Below, piece after piece: positions 13,926 through 25,232 of a stretch of 64,000 bases of DNA. The position numbers and the translations under genes are program-made. The stretch's first letter is position 1. The number at the start of each line of letters is the position of its first letter. The notes below the pieces were generated by a model, which saw only the letters and a program-made list of their open reading frames with translations, did no database searches and was not told the DNA's origin. Source of the stretch: Octopus vulgaris (Eukaryota); the NCBI GenBank assembly GCA_951406725.2, contig OX597820.1:63860001-63924000 (forward strand). Direction: 5' to 3'.

Positions 13926-15132
13926 TCTTTTTGTATATTTGAATGGTCAATTAATTTTGTCTTCTTTTCCTTTTCATTTCTTCTTTTTTTTTTCTTTGTT
14001 GACGTCAATCAATCTTCTTATATGTCCCAAGTACGTTATTCGTCAAATACATCATGTCGCTATAAAGTTTAGTTATTGTCAATATAACAGCTAGTGTTGA
14101 ATGTATGTGAGAAGGAGTTAAAAATTAAATGTGATCAAAATTGCCGCTGTTCAGAGAAATGAAGATCATTGATTAGATTAAGTTTTTGACACTTGCTGAG
14201 GTTACTCAGGCTGATGTTTTTCTGTTCAATCCGTACAGATCACGGGTATAGTAGGAAGTGTTGTATCACATACTTCGTCTTTTATTCATCTTCTCACGGT
14301 ATAAAAAAGAAAATGTACGGGATTTTAATTACTTTTTTTTATTTGTTAAGCTGGCAAGACGAATTCGGAGCTGAAATTGGCTCCTGTTTCTTATAGCCTT
14401 GGTAATCATATAAATCTCCTTTATGGACTGCACATTCTGAGAATTGCAGACGTTCTTATTCCTATTACCGATGGTTATATCTCAGTTCTAATAAAACTGA
14501 CTTGGCCTATGATCAAATATATTTAACGCGAAACGGTCAGGCTTTTGTTCCAATGTTACATATTTCAGACAAGAATGCGTTCCTTCTTTTTTTTTTCAGC
14601 TTACTCGGCCCTACTAGAGCGCACCTGAGATAAATGTCATTCCATTTTCCTGCCCATCCCGTTTTATTTAAATACTTGATGGCAAATTATCCATCGTTAA
14701 TTAGTCAAAGAGGGAAGGGCAACACACATGAGTATTTGCTTTTCAGCGAGTTTCCAAACGTGGTGGGAAGAAAGGAAGACAGTAATAAGATAGTCATCAT
14801 CAAACCGAAGGTCTAAATGCTAACATCTGAGTAAACATAGATTCAATGTGGTTTGAAGCAGGATTGGCTGTTCTTTTTAGCAGATGTAGATCACATAGCT
14901 CATGTTTATCATTTAAGAATTGATTTTAGTGTTTAAACCGAGGCCGAGCAAGTGCAACAGTGCATATTTTTTAATGCACAAACATATCCTGATTAGGCTT
15001 TTACTATCTACAGTCATTGGACTGGAGTACAGTCATACTGGAGCACTACCTTGAAGGCCTCCGTCGTGCAAATCAACACCAATACTTATTTTATGCCTGA
15101 AACCAATCACATTTCAAACTATTTTCCGAAAT

Positions 15133-15331
15133 ACAGTTCTATATTTAAGAGATGAGGAATTATGTACATTATTTATATTATTTACAATTGACGGATATAT
15201 GTCCTCATCTTGTTTGTTGTTAACACGTTTCGAGTGATATACCCTCCAGTCTTCATCAGGTGTATATGGCGTAGTGGTTAAGACCGCGTGCTATTAACAC
15301 CAAGATTCCGAGTTCGATTCCAAGCAGTGAA

Positions 15332-15335
<4 letters not shown>
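15133..15335. mobile_element. Left part of an HHR/tRNA-head element disrupted by the Dong insertion: inverted tail (15133-15263) plus tRNA-like head (+, 15264-15334)
   Basis: 15133-15263 is the reverse complement of the 8760-8934 tail (damaged HHR at 15222-15263); A box TGGCGTAGTGG at 15267, B box GAGTTCGATTCC at 15310. Confidence 0.75.
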
Positions 15336-15382
<47 letters not shown>

Positions 15383-15438
15383 TATTATTATTATTATTAT
15401 TATAGTGATAATAATGGTGATGATAATAACAATAATAA

Positions 15439-18400
15439 GCCGACTACGGCTGCTATAATGGTACGATTATAATTGTAACGGCAATGATGGCCGTCTCCCC
15501 ACGAGCCAACCAAAGCTAAAAAATGATAACATTATCGTAGCACCAAAATGTTTTTGGAAACTAAAAGGAAAACTAAATCAGTATACCAAATCGCTTGTCC
15601 TATGGTTAATCTGGAAGCGCGTCCCCCAGGGAAGAGCCAGCCTGGGATCGAAAAGTCATCAACTGGCACAAACTCTCCTCCGAATACGGACATGGATGGT
15701 CACTTGAACGGGAAATCCCCGAACTCGAGCCCTCCAAGTTCACCACCACAACCACCACAGAAAGAAAAATGTAAGCGGAACAAATGGACCCGAGAGGAGT
15801 ATAAAGAAGTAATATACGCTTATTACTATGCATTAGGTAGGCCATCTCAAGAGAGACACACCGCAAACTCTTACAGTATATGGAGAACACGGAATCAAAA
15901 CAGTAGGCCCTATTTGGACGAGAACAAATTAGCAAATGTGAGGAGGGATATCCTTAGAAATAACAGACTCACAGACAGTGAAATAAGCGCGATCAAGCAC
16001 GCAACGGAAAATGACATAAATATAAGGCATAAAGGAAATGAAGAATCAGATGAACAGTATAGCCCGCCACGAGGCTTAATTGAAAGACTGCCATCTGACC
16101 AAAGTACGCAAAGGCCTGAAGATACAAGAAATTCTATTGTACCTGTTAAAGATAGCCAGGAAAACGAAAAAACAACAGTAACTGAAGATCTCGCATTTGC
16201 TGAAGAACACAGAGAGTCTATGGCAGAAATGAGGCAGAAAATCCTGAATACACTTGAAGTTGTAAGGCATACAAGTATGAATGATAGAGAACCACTTCAT
16301 AAACTCTCAAATACAAACCAAAATAAAAAACAAATCCAAATTGGCAACTATGTAACAAATGAAATAATACGAGAATTAAAACCTGATTTTACTGAGTTAA
16401 ATAAAATTATTTACGCTTCTGCTAGGGCAATTGAAACCAGCTGTATGCCCCCGAAAAAACAAAGAAAACAAAACCTGGGAAGAAATCAAACCTGGAGAAG
16501 TAAAATTGAAAAAGAGATTGAATTTATGAGAGGGGAAATATCAATATTAAATGAACTAATATGTGGAAATGATGTAAGATCCAGAACAGGAAGAAAGATG
16601 AAGAGAAAATTTGGATCCTCACCAAGAGAAGAACTGATATCAATAAAAGAAACGCTGAAACAAAAAGTCCAAGCAAAAGCCCAAAGAATACGAAGATTTG
16701 AGAAGAGAAACAAGTTTTACAAGCAAAATAAGCTGTTCACATCCAATGCCAAAAAATTCTACAAAGAAATAGGGAAGGAGAAAGTAACCGTTAAAGACCC
16801 CCCTCCCATGGAAGAAGTTAAAAACTTTTGGAAAAGTATTTGGAGTGACAAGAAGACGTACAACATAAATGCAGACTGGATTATACAAACTGAAGGATCC
16901 TACCAAAATTTACAACAACAAGCATGGGAAGACATCACAATAGCAGACCTAAGAAAGGCACTCACGAAGGCCCATAATTGGAAATCCCCGGTAAAGATAG
17001 GGTGCCGAATTTCTGGCTCGCATCGCTCCCATGCGCACACGGTAAGCTAGTTCAGCTGCTCAATGGAATTATGAGAGACCCAAAGAAATCACCTGAATGG
17101 TTAGCAAGTGGGATTACTTACCTACTCCCAAAGAATAACGAAACCAACCTTCCAAAAAACTATCGGCCTATAACCTGTCTATCCACCACGTATAAAATCC
17201 TAACATCTATCCTGGTGGAGAAAACATATGCATTCATGGAGAAGAATGATATTTTCCCCATTGAACAAAAAGGGTGCCGCCGAGGCTCTTACGGATGCAA
17301 AGACCAACTGCTAATCAATCGTATGATCCTTGAGAACTGTCACAACAAGCGCAGAAATCTCAGTACCGCATGGATTGACTATAAAAAAGCCTTCGACAGT
17401 ATACTGCATCCATGGATCTTGAGATCGCTGGACATCTTCAAAATTTCCCCTGTGATTTCAAACTTCCTGAAGCACAATATGTCGTTGTGGAATACGAATC
17501 TCCAATTATACCACTCTAATGGAGTACTTGCCTCAGAAAATATAAACATCAACTGTGGAATTTTTCAAGGTGACTCACTTTCACCTTTAATATTCTGCAT
17601 AGCTTTAATACCCCTTACAAGTGAATTAAACAGAACAGGGTATGGGTATAAAATTGCCAATGAAAAAATAAGCCATGGATGACTTAAAACTTTATGGTAA
17701 AGACAATAATGAACTTGAAGGCCTATTGCACACTGTGAAAGCATTCAGCGATGACATCGGGATGGAGAATGGACTTGAGAAGTGTGCCAAGGCCACTTTC
17801 CAGAAAGGGAAAGTGAAGACCACAAATTCAGTCGTGTTAGATGTTGACACAGTCATAAGAGAGCTTGAGCAAGAACAAACATACAAATATTTAGGGATAA
17901 ATGAAGGCTCTGGTATTCAGCATGCAAGCATGAAAGAGAAGATCAGGAAGGAATGTTATAGGAGAGTTCGTGCAGTCCTGAAATCTGAACTAAATGCACG
18001 TAACAAGGTGTTAGCTATAAATTCCTTAGCAGTTCCAGTTGTTACTTATAGCTACAATGTGTTGAACTGGAATATGAGTGAAGTAAAGAATATAGATAGG
18101 AAAATACGCAAGCTGCTGAGTTGTAATAGGATGCACCACCTAAAGGCAGACGTAGATCGCCTTTACCTTCCCAGAACCCAAGGAGGTCGAGGCCTGATCC
18201 AATTTGAACTAGCTTACAAAACAACCACAATTGGACTGGCCAAATATCTCGAAATATCGAATGACTGGATGCTAAAGCTCGTGGAAAATCACGAGAGACG
18301 AAAGAAGCTTCATTCTATCATAAAGGAAAGCAAAAAATTTGCTATTGATCTCGTGCAGGATACCCAAACAGAACAACCCGAGGGAAGTACGGCAATTATT

Positions 18401-19397
18401 GTTGCAAAGAAGGTGAAAATAATGGCAACGAAAAAAGCGCACGAGCAATTGGCTGATAGGTGGGAGGAGAAACCTCTGCACGGCAAATATGTGACCCGCA
18501 GCAAACAAGCTGATGTTGACCAGAAGCAAACCCATCAGTGGCTACGGAGCTCAGGGCTAAAAGCAGAGAGCGAAGGTTTCATCCTGGCTGCTCAAGATCA
18601 AAGCCTATTAACCCGGAACTACCAGGCCAATGTGATGAAAAATGGAGTAGATCCAAAATGCCGATTCTGCAACGACATGATTGAAACAGTGGACCACCTA
18701 ATCTCTGGATGTAAAGTCTTAGCTCCAGTGGAGTATAAATTAAGACATGATAGAGTTGGCCAATATCTACACTGGCTAATAAGTCGGCATTACAATATCA
18801 AAACTGCCGACAAGTGGTATATTCACCACCCTGGGGCTGTAACTGAAGGAGAAAATGTAACCATTCTGTGGGACTTTCCAGTACATACAGACCGAACCAT
18901 CAAGGCCAATAAACCAGATATTGTTGTGAAAGACCAAAACAATAAAGTTTGCTTATTGATCGACATGAGCATCCCCTGTGATCATAATATCTCAGCGAAA
19001 GAGTTTGACAAGCTCAGAAAATATAAAGACCTACTCATTGAAATTGAGAAAATGTGGCATCTCAAGGCGGTTACAATACCAGTGATCGTAGGAGCACTAG
19101 GAATGATCAAGAAGGGAACCGAAAATTATATGAGAATGATCCCTGGCTTACCATCCCTGCAAGAAGGGCAAAATATTGTCTTAACTGGTACATCACACGT
19201 ATTTAGAAGAGCATTGTCGATGTGAGAACTGTTGCTGCTCATGTATTTTAATTTAACTAAAAAAAAAAATTTAAATTAACGAACTATTGAGTTTGGTTTA
19301 ATGGCCTACCAATGTATACTATGAGTTTCTTTTGCCCTAAGAGTCGGGAAGACACTCGGCAAGAAATGGAAGCAAATTTGAAAGAGAAAAAAAAAGT
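15439..19397 (+). mobile_element. Near full-length R4/Dong-clade non-LTR retrotransposon inserted in a (TAA)n tract
   Basis: Single ancestral ORF (RT + CCHC + PD-(D/E)xK RLE) split by 2 frameshifts; flanked by TAA repeats at 15335-15438 and 19397 onward; A-rich 3' end. Dong elements are known to target TAA repeats. Confidence 0.92.
15548..19225 (+). pseudogene. Dong/R4 polyprotein: N-terminal domain, reverse transcriptase, CCHC knuckle, restriction-like endonuclease; 2 frameshifts
   Basis: Motifs WKSPG/KDR, NYRPITCLSTTYK, WIDYKKAFDS, GIFQGDSLSPLIF, (Y)MDDLKL, YKYLG, CRFC..ETVDHLISGC, RHD, KPDIVV..LIDMSIP..K..KY. Frameshifts at ~16990 and ~17673 join ORFs 15548-17050, 16978-17682 and 17675-19225. 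Confidence 0.92.
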
Positions 19398-19448
19398 AAT
19401 AATAATAATAATAATGATGATGATGATGATGATGATAACAACAACAAC

Positions 19449-19598
19449 ATCAAAAAAGACCTTAGGAATGAGACTCCAGGTTCGAAATTTCCCCAAAGAC
19501 ACTTGATGAAGGCTGGAGGGTATATCAGCCGAAACGTTGTGTTAACAACAAACAAGATAAGGTAAAAAAATCCGTCAATTGTAAATAATGTAAATAAT
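19449..19598 (+). mobile_element. Right tail of the HHR/tRNA-head element (HHR motif 19498-19543, C3U variant)
   Basis: GACAC-TTGATGA-A-GGCTG...CAGCC-GAAA-CG-TT-GTGTT; nearly identical to 8750-8900. Confidence 0.8.
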
Positions 19599-20417
19599 AT
19601 TTTCCGAAATATTAGACTACCGAGGAACGAAAAAAATTAACACAAGCCTCAAATCATAACAACAGATAATGTGGAAAGTGGCGAAGTGTTAGTGAAGGAG
19701 AAAGAAAAGGAAAGAACAGAAGAAAAAGAGGATAGAAAGCGAACGCGGGTGGAATCACCACCCAAAGACCAATAAAAGAAATACTAAAAAGAAGTCTGCC
19801 GACGAGACTGAGGATCGAACGTACGAAGGGAGAGATACAGCAACTAAAGTGAGTGAAATTTCAACGTGGGAAGAAACGAAAAAATGTTCAACAAAAGTGG
19901 AAGAATGTCTGAAAACATGCAAGGAAGGAGGAAGACCAAAAGGAAGAAATCTCAAAGCTGTAATGTTGTACAAAAAAGAAATTGAGAAAAAAATTAGCGA
20001 TAATGAAAAATCTAACGAGAGTGAAATTGAACCCGAGGATATACGATAACCAAATAAAGGCTGCAATTGTGAATAAAGAGACGGTAAATAAATTAATAAA
20101 TTTGTTTTCAAATACAGCTGTGTGGATAGCGCACTACGTTCGATATGACAGTTAGCCCGGCATTATAGAACAGGATGAATTACTCGTTTACATTACTGAC
20201 GAACACCCCAGATAGTGCAACTGTAATTGGAAATGAAACTGCGAGCTTTGGGGGTCTCGTAAGCCATTTCGTTTAATTCATTATTAATATTTCATTTGAT
20301 ATCATCCTTTCTGTACTTTTTTATATGTACCCCATGTCCTGTATTGTATTGTTATGTCCCCTCTTCATTCGGGCCATTGTGCCTATAATAAAGATTTTAA
20401 CTAGCAGGAATCGCTAC

Positions 20418-20463
20418 CCTGGACTGATGACGGGAAAGACCCAGAAACATGCATGTCTTCAGG
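20418..20463 (+). ncRNA. Type I hammerhead ribozyme motif
   Basis: CCTGGA-CTGATGA-C-GGG(aaaga)CCC-A-GAAA-CATGCATG-TC-TTCAGG: 6-bp stem I, palindromic stem III ACATGCATGT, GUC cleavage triplet. Confidence 0.8.
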
Positions 20464-20469
20464 TGTGAA

Positions 20470-20683
20470 TCCTAGCTGGTGGGGGTGCTTGCCTCCCCTT
20501 CGCAAATATAAGGACACAGGAAATGTGTCAAAGCCGACAGGAAGCGTCGATGCTTCCTAGGACTAAACTGCGGTGGTATAATTCCCTGACCGGACTGTCA
20601 CGTTATGTTGACAGTATACAACCACTCTGTCGCTCTACCACCGCTCATGTCTCTTTGAGACATTTAGAAATTCAATATTTCTA

Positions 20684-20690
<7 letters not shown>
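20470..20690 (+). repeat. Dispersed repeat downstream of the HHR; second copy at 57620-57830
   Basis: Shared ...TAAGGACACAGGAAATGTGTCAA(A/G)GCCGACAGGAAGCG..GATGCTTCCTAGG...GAGA(C/T)ATTTAGAAATT. Confidence 0.85.
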
Positions 20691-20716
<26 letters not shown>

Positions 20717-20794
20717 ACGGATAAGCACATAAATGTGAAACAAGGTGGAAAAAAGAGTACTCAAATACCAAAGGTAGAGTAATGTGCTTTATTT

Positions 20795-20894
20795 AAAAGC
20801 AGCAGAAATATAACAAAAGCTGTTACTCGGCATTTCACTTTCACAGGAACGTGAAACTCCGAGTAACAGCTTTTGTTATATTTCTGCTGCTTTT
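20795..20894. repeat. Inverted repeat with 36-bp perfect arms (Penelope-type pseudo-LTR-like)
   Basis: AAAAGCAGCAGAAATATAACAAAAGCTGTTACTCGG and its reverse complement; right arm is preceded by GTGAAACTCCGAGTAACAG, resembling an HHR 3' half. Confidence 0.85.
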
Positions 20895-21274
20895 TAACAA
20901 CTTACTCTGATAAGCTCAGTGACTGCTACTAATTTCAGGCTACCTCAGACAGAAAGGATGCTCTTGAAGCCGAGGATTTTAGACTTACGGAGACTGTTTT
21001 TACACATCACCTGAGGAGATTCAAAGAGATCTCATGATGCAGGGAAACATTTGCATAATCAGGCAGCTGCCCATTTGGAGAACTATGTTGTGTTGAAACA
21101 ATTGTAGTGATTTTAAAAACTGTCCCACTCTACCCCTTTTTTGTTGACTCCAATTTTTTCGATTATCTCTTCACACACGAAATACCCGAACGCAAAACTG
21201 GAAGTATGTATAATGCAACTACTGGATAGCACAGGGTGAAATCTGAACGTGGACGAGCTTTATACGTTCTTAAT

Positions 21275-21349
<75 letters not shown>

Positions 21350-21356
<7 letters not shown>

Positions 21357-21540
21357 ATCCAAACATGAAAGCACAAAGAGAAAACACAATAACGCGAGGA
21401 CGTGGAACAAGTATAGTATTATTGAACGCTCAGGAAAGACGGAAAGAAGGAGGGTTTAATGTTTCGAGCGGAGCTCTTCGTAGGAAACATAGGAAAAGGA
21501 AAGATCCAAAGAAGGGAAGACGTAGGATAGAAAATCGCCA
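21350..21540 (-). mobile_element. Non-autonomous repeat with degenerate minimal HHR (related copy at 32790-32915, + strand)
   Basis: Minus: GTTT-CCTACGA-A-GAGC(tcc)GCTC-GAAA-CA-TT-AAAC; at 32811: CTGTTGA-A-GAGC(gtag)GCAC-GAAA-CG-TA-AAAG; shared downstream GAGCGTT..A.TAATA. Confidence 0.5.
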
Positions 21541-22481
21541 TATATATATATAACATTGTAACTAGATCTATATTTAAATACGTATGTATTTATGCATGTG
21601 TGTATGTATGTATCTATCTATAATATATATACATGTGTTTGTGTATGCGTTTGTGTGTGTGTGTATGTGAGTATGCGCGTGTATGTTTGTGCGCATGCGC
21701 GCTCGTGTGTATACACACACACACACTCACACATATACATTCAGTCCTATAGTAGAAGACATTTGTGCTTGGGTTAATATTTCTGGCAAGTGATGTAAGC
21801 AAGTAGATATATCTTTGTTGGTTCATGATTCTCACTGTCTTCTATTTTCGTGCGTAATTGTATTTGAAAAAAATATGCCTTGTTGAGGTTTCTTCTATAT
21901 CTTATCATGTTTTACTTTATTTATTTTTACCTTTCAGAATTGTTGATATGTCTGCCGTTTGATATATGCAATGTTATCATTTGTGAAAGATCTTGAAACG
22001 GAAGTCATTTTCATCTTGTCCTACTCCATCATAACTGCAGCAACTGTATGTATGTTTGAATATGTCTATGTTGAGACACATATAAGTGTGTGTGTGTGTG
22101 CGTGAGAGTGTTTGTGTATGTGTCTGTGTATGTATGTATATAAGTATATGTAAAATTTTGTAAATTGTTTACGGACTACTTTTGACATACATGTATGTAG
22201 GTATATATCACGCGCATATATATATATATATATATATAAGTGTATGATAAATGTATATATATATATATATATATATGCGCGTGATCTATACCTACATATA
22301 TACGCACACATATATACATGTACATATATATATATATATGTATATATACCAACATACATTCATGTATACCTACATACGCATATATACATAAATATACACA
22401 TCAATAATAACTATGTATAAATGTGTATGTGTATATACATATCTGTGTCTGTATATATTTATATATGTGTGTGTATATGTG

Positions 22482-22527
<46 letters not shown>

Positions 22528-22566
22528 CGTATGTATATGTATACATGTATATATCCATATATATCC

Positions 22567-22604
<38 letters not shown>

Positions 22605-23104
22605 TTGTGTGTGTGTGTATACGTATGTATGTACGTATATATTATGTATAAAATTCTGTGAATGTATTTATGTCTGTATCTATTGAAACTATAAATCTAC
22701 AGCATTAGCCAAATCTGCATTATATCTATTTGGTAGCAGAGGAGAATTGGCAAACCTATGTTAATTAATCAATGAGGAACTAACACATTGAGAAAAACGA
22801 GACATGTCTTTAGATTTATGGCAGAAATACAAAGCATCTCTGGATGATTTCCACTCCAAAGCTGTATGCGGTCGATGTTTCTATATTTTAAATAGCTGAA
22901 ACCTTTTACATTGTTAGCAATGACATTTTTTTTATTCACTTGCTCCAATCACTATATCTCAATGCGCACAATTTGGTGTTACTGCAGCAGTTCATCCTCA
23001 TTGCCCCCCAGTATACTGTGCGTTAGACTCCTATATCTTGTTTCGTACTTTTGGAGTAAGTATTGAAATCTCAGTATATGACTTGGTGATAAGCACTTTA
23101 CATG

Positions 23105-23425
23105 TGAAGGTGTGTGGCTGCGTGGTTAGGATTCGTGCGCGATCATAAAGCTGTGAGTTCGATTTCCAGTGGTGCGTTGTGTTCTTGAAGACAATACTTT
23201 ATTTCACGTTACTGCTGTCCACTCAGTTGTCTAAAATAAGTTGTACCTGTAATTCAAAGAGCCTGTTTCGTATCACTGTGTCACGCTGAACTCCTTGCAA
23301 AGCACGCTCAGGGACCACTTGTCTTTGAAGTGCTCAACCAGTTGCACCTTAATTTTACGAGCAGGCTCTTCTCGTGAACGTATCAGTTGGAACACTCGTC
23401 ATCCTCGTAACTGTCGCAGAGCCAG
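23105..23425 (+). mobile_element. Diverged tRNA-derived SINE (third family, see 25233)
   Basis: GGTGTGTGGCTGCGTGGTTAGG...GAGTTCGATTTCC...TGTACCTGTAATTCAAAGAGCC...TGTCACGCTGAA...ACGAGCAGGCT. Confidence 0.7.
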
Positions 23426-23619
23426 GTCAAATGTGTTACACAATAATTCTGCGAACCTTCAACATGTTTCATTGTGCGCTTTACATTCTCTCTCTGAAAC
23501 TAAAAAGATTTGACTTCAATAATATTGACTGCTATCTGCATAAGTGTTCTCTACTATAACTTCGGATGTACCAAATTTTGAAAAGAAAATTTGGAGGAGT
23601 GAACACTCTGATACGTACA

Positions 23620-23999
23620 TCTTTATATATAAAAGTGAAGTTGTGTGTCTGTCTCCTACGATTTAGATTCCTAACTACTCCCACATTTTGCGGTGCAGTT
23701 TAACCAAAACCGGGTATCTTGTAGTCGTGATTCATATCGAGCCATTCTGGGTATTAGCGCGCGTCTACGATGAGTCTACAATTTAAAAAAAAATTACCAT
23801 CATTTTTTTCCCATTTTAATGCATTTTTTCGCTATTATATAAGGGAAGTAACTCTCTAAAAATGTCTACGATGAGTCAACGATTTAAAACAAAAAATACC
23901 ATCATTTTTTCCATTTTTAATGCATGTTTTTGCTATCTTTTGGCTATAACTCTCTAAAAATGCTTATATAGTTATTTCCCTTACAAACGATACTGCTAG
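23620..23999 (+). mobile_element. Non-autonomous Helitron-like element with ~100-bp internal tandem duplication
   Basis: Begins A|TCTTTATATATAAAAG and ends CTAG|T; GTCTACGATGAGTC...TAACTCTCTAAAAATG is repeated at ~23764 and ~23864. Confidence 0.65.
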
Positions 24000-24006
24000 T
24001 TATTTA

Positions 24007-24131
24007 TATTCGACATTTGTACTCATCTTGTTTGTTGTTAATATAACGTTTCGGCTGATATACTCTCCAGCTTTCTTCAGGTGTCTTGGAAAATTGCGAA
24101 CCTGGGTTCTCTTCCCTAAGGTATTTTTCGA

Positions 24132-24181
<50 letters not shown>

Positions 24182-24268
24182 TCACTGCCTGGAGTCGAAC
24201 TCGGAATCTTGCTGTTAGTAGCCCGCGCTCTTATCCACTACGCCATATGCCCGCGGGCATATGGCTTA

Positions 24269-24359
<91 letters not shown>

Positions 24360-24537
24360 CAACAACAACATTGAAAAATACCTTAGGAATGAGACCCCAG
24401 ATTCAAAATTTCCCCAAGACACCTGTTGAAGGGTGGAGGGTATATCAGCCGAAACATTGTATTAACAACATAAAAGATGAGGATAAATATCCGTCGAATG
24501 TAAATAATGTAAATAATTCCTCATCTCTTAAAATATA
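24007..24537. mobile_element. Palindromic head-to-head element: inverted HHR tail - (TTA)n - tRNA-like head(-) - 24-bp palindrome - (TAA)n - HHR tail(+)
   Basis: HHR motifs at 24040-24085 (-) and 24418-24463 (+); tRNA-like head at 24176-24250 (-) with A/B boxes; perfect palindrome GCCATATGCCCGCGGGCATATGGC at 24242-24265. Confidence 0.85.
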
Positions 24538-25232
24538 CCAATGCTGGACAGTATAAACCCTACACAGTTGAAAGCATGGACGCTGGCCCGACTTCTTCAT
24601 AATTTCCCCCACTTCATACCCCGTGCTCCAGAAGTCCTGAAAAATATTTGGTTCACAAATAAATGAATAAATTATCAATCTGAAGCATTTCAAGTAAAAT
24701 ACTACTCACATTGATTTGCATTCACTTACACAACTCCAATGTGAACTGGTAGTTTCTTCACCTTGGGCGAAAGTATTTACATTAAATTATTATGTATTTT
24801 ACTAGTGAAAAAATAAAATTATTTTCTAAGATCACTGATTGCTATAGAATTCGAAATATGAGATACAATAGTGAATACCATTATTGTCGATTTCAACGAA
24901 AGATCATATAGTTTTTTTAACAAAGCACGGATTAAATGAATAGGACATCAAATAAAGCCATTTTGCAGTATCGTCTTCGCAAAATGCTTATTGGCAAATA
25001 TTTTAGTTCTATACTTCTTGCAGTTGTGCAACCTAAGGTTGGTTCGTATAAAATAGTCGTTTTTGCACGCAGCTTAATACGAATAGGAATAACCAAACCA
25101 ACTATAGGATATACGATGCATTTGATTAGTTTACAAATCAATACTGCACTGTACAGTTGCAATTGACAATTTGGATTTTAATTTCAATTGTTCAATCTCC
25201 TTCATTTTAACTGATGCGTAGTTGTAGGTCAG

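Noticed and set aside
15264-15334. tRNA gene candidate (also 24176-24250)
   Set aside because: It has A/B boxes but no proper acceptor stem or cloverleaf, and is part of a repeated element; treated as a SINE-like head.
19849-20049. Lys/Glu-rich ORF
   Set aside because: Short, with A/G compositional bias and no domain signature.
21939-22045. Possible exon (polypyrimidine-TTTCAG acceptor, GTATGT donor)
   Set aside because: Stops occur in all three frames; it could only be non-coding and has no further support.
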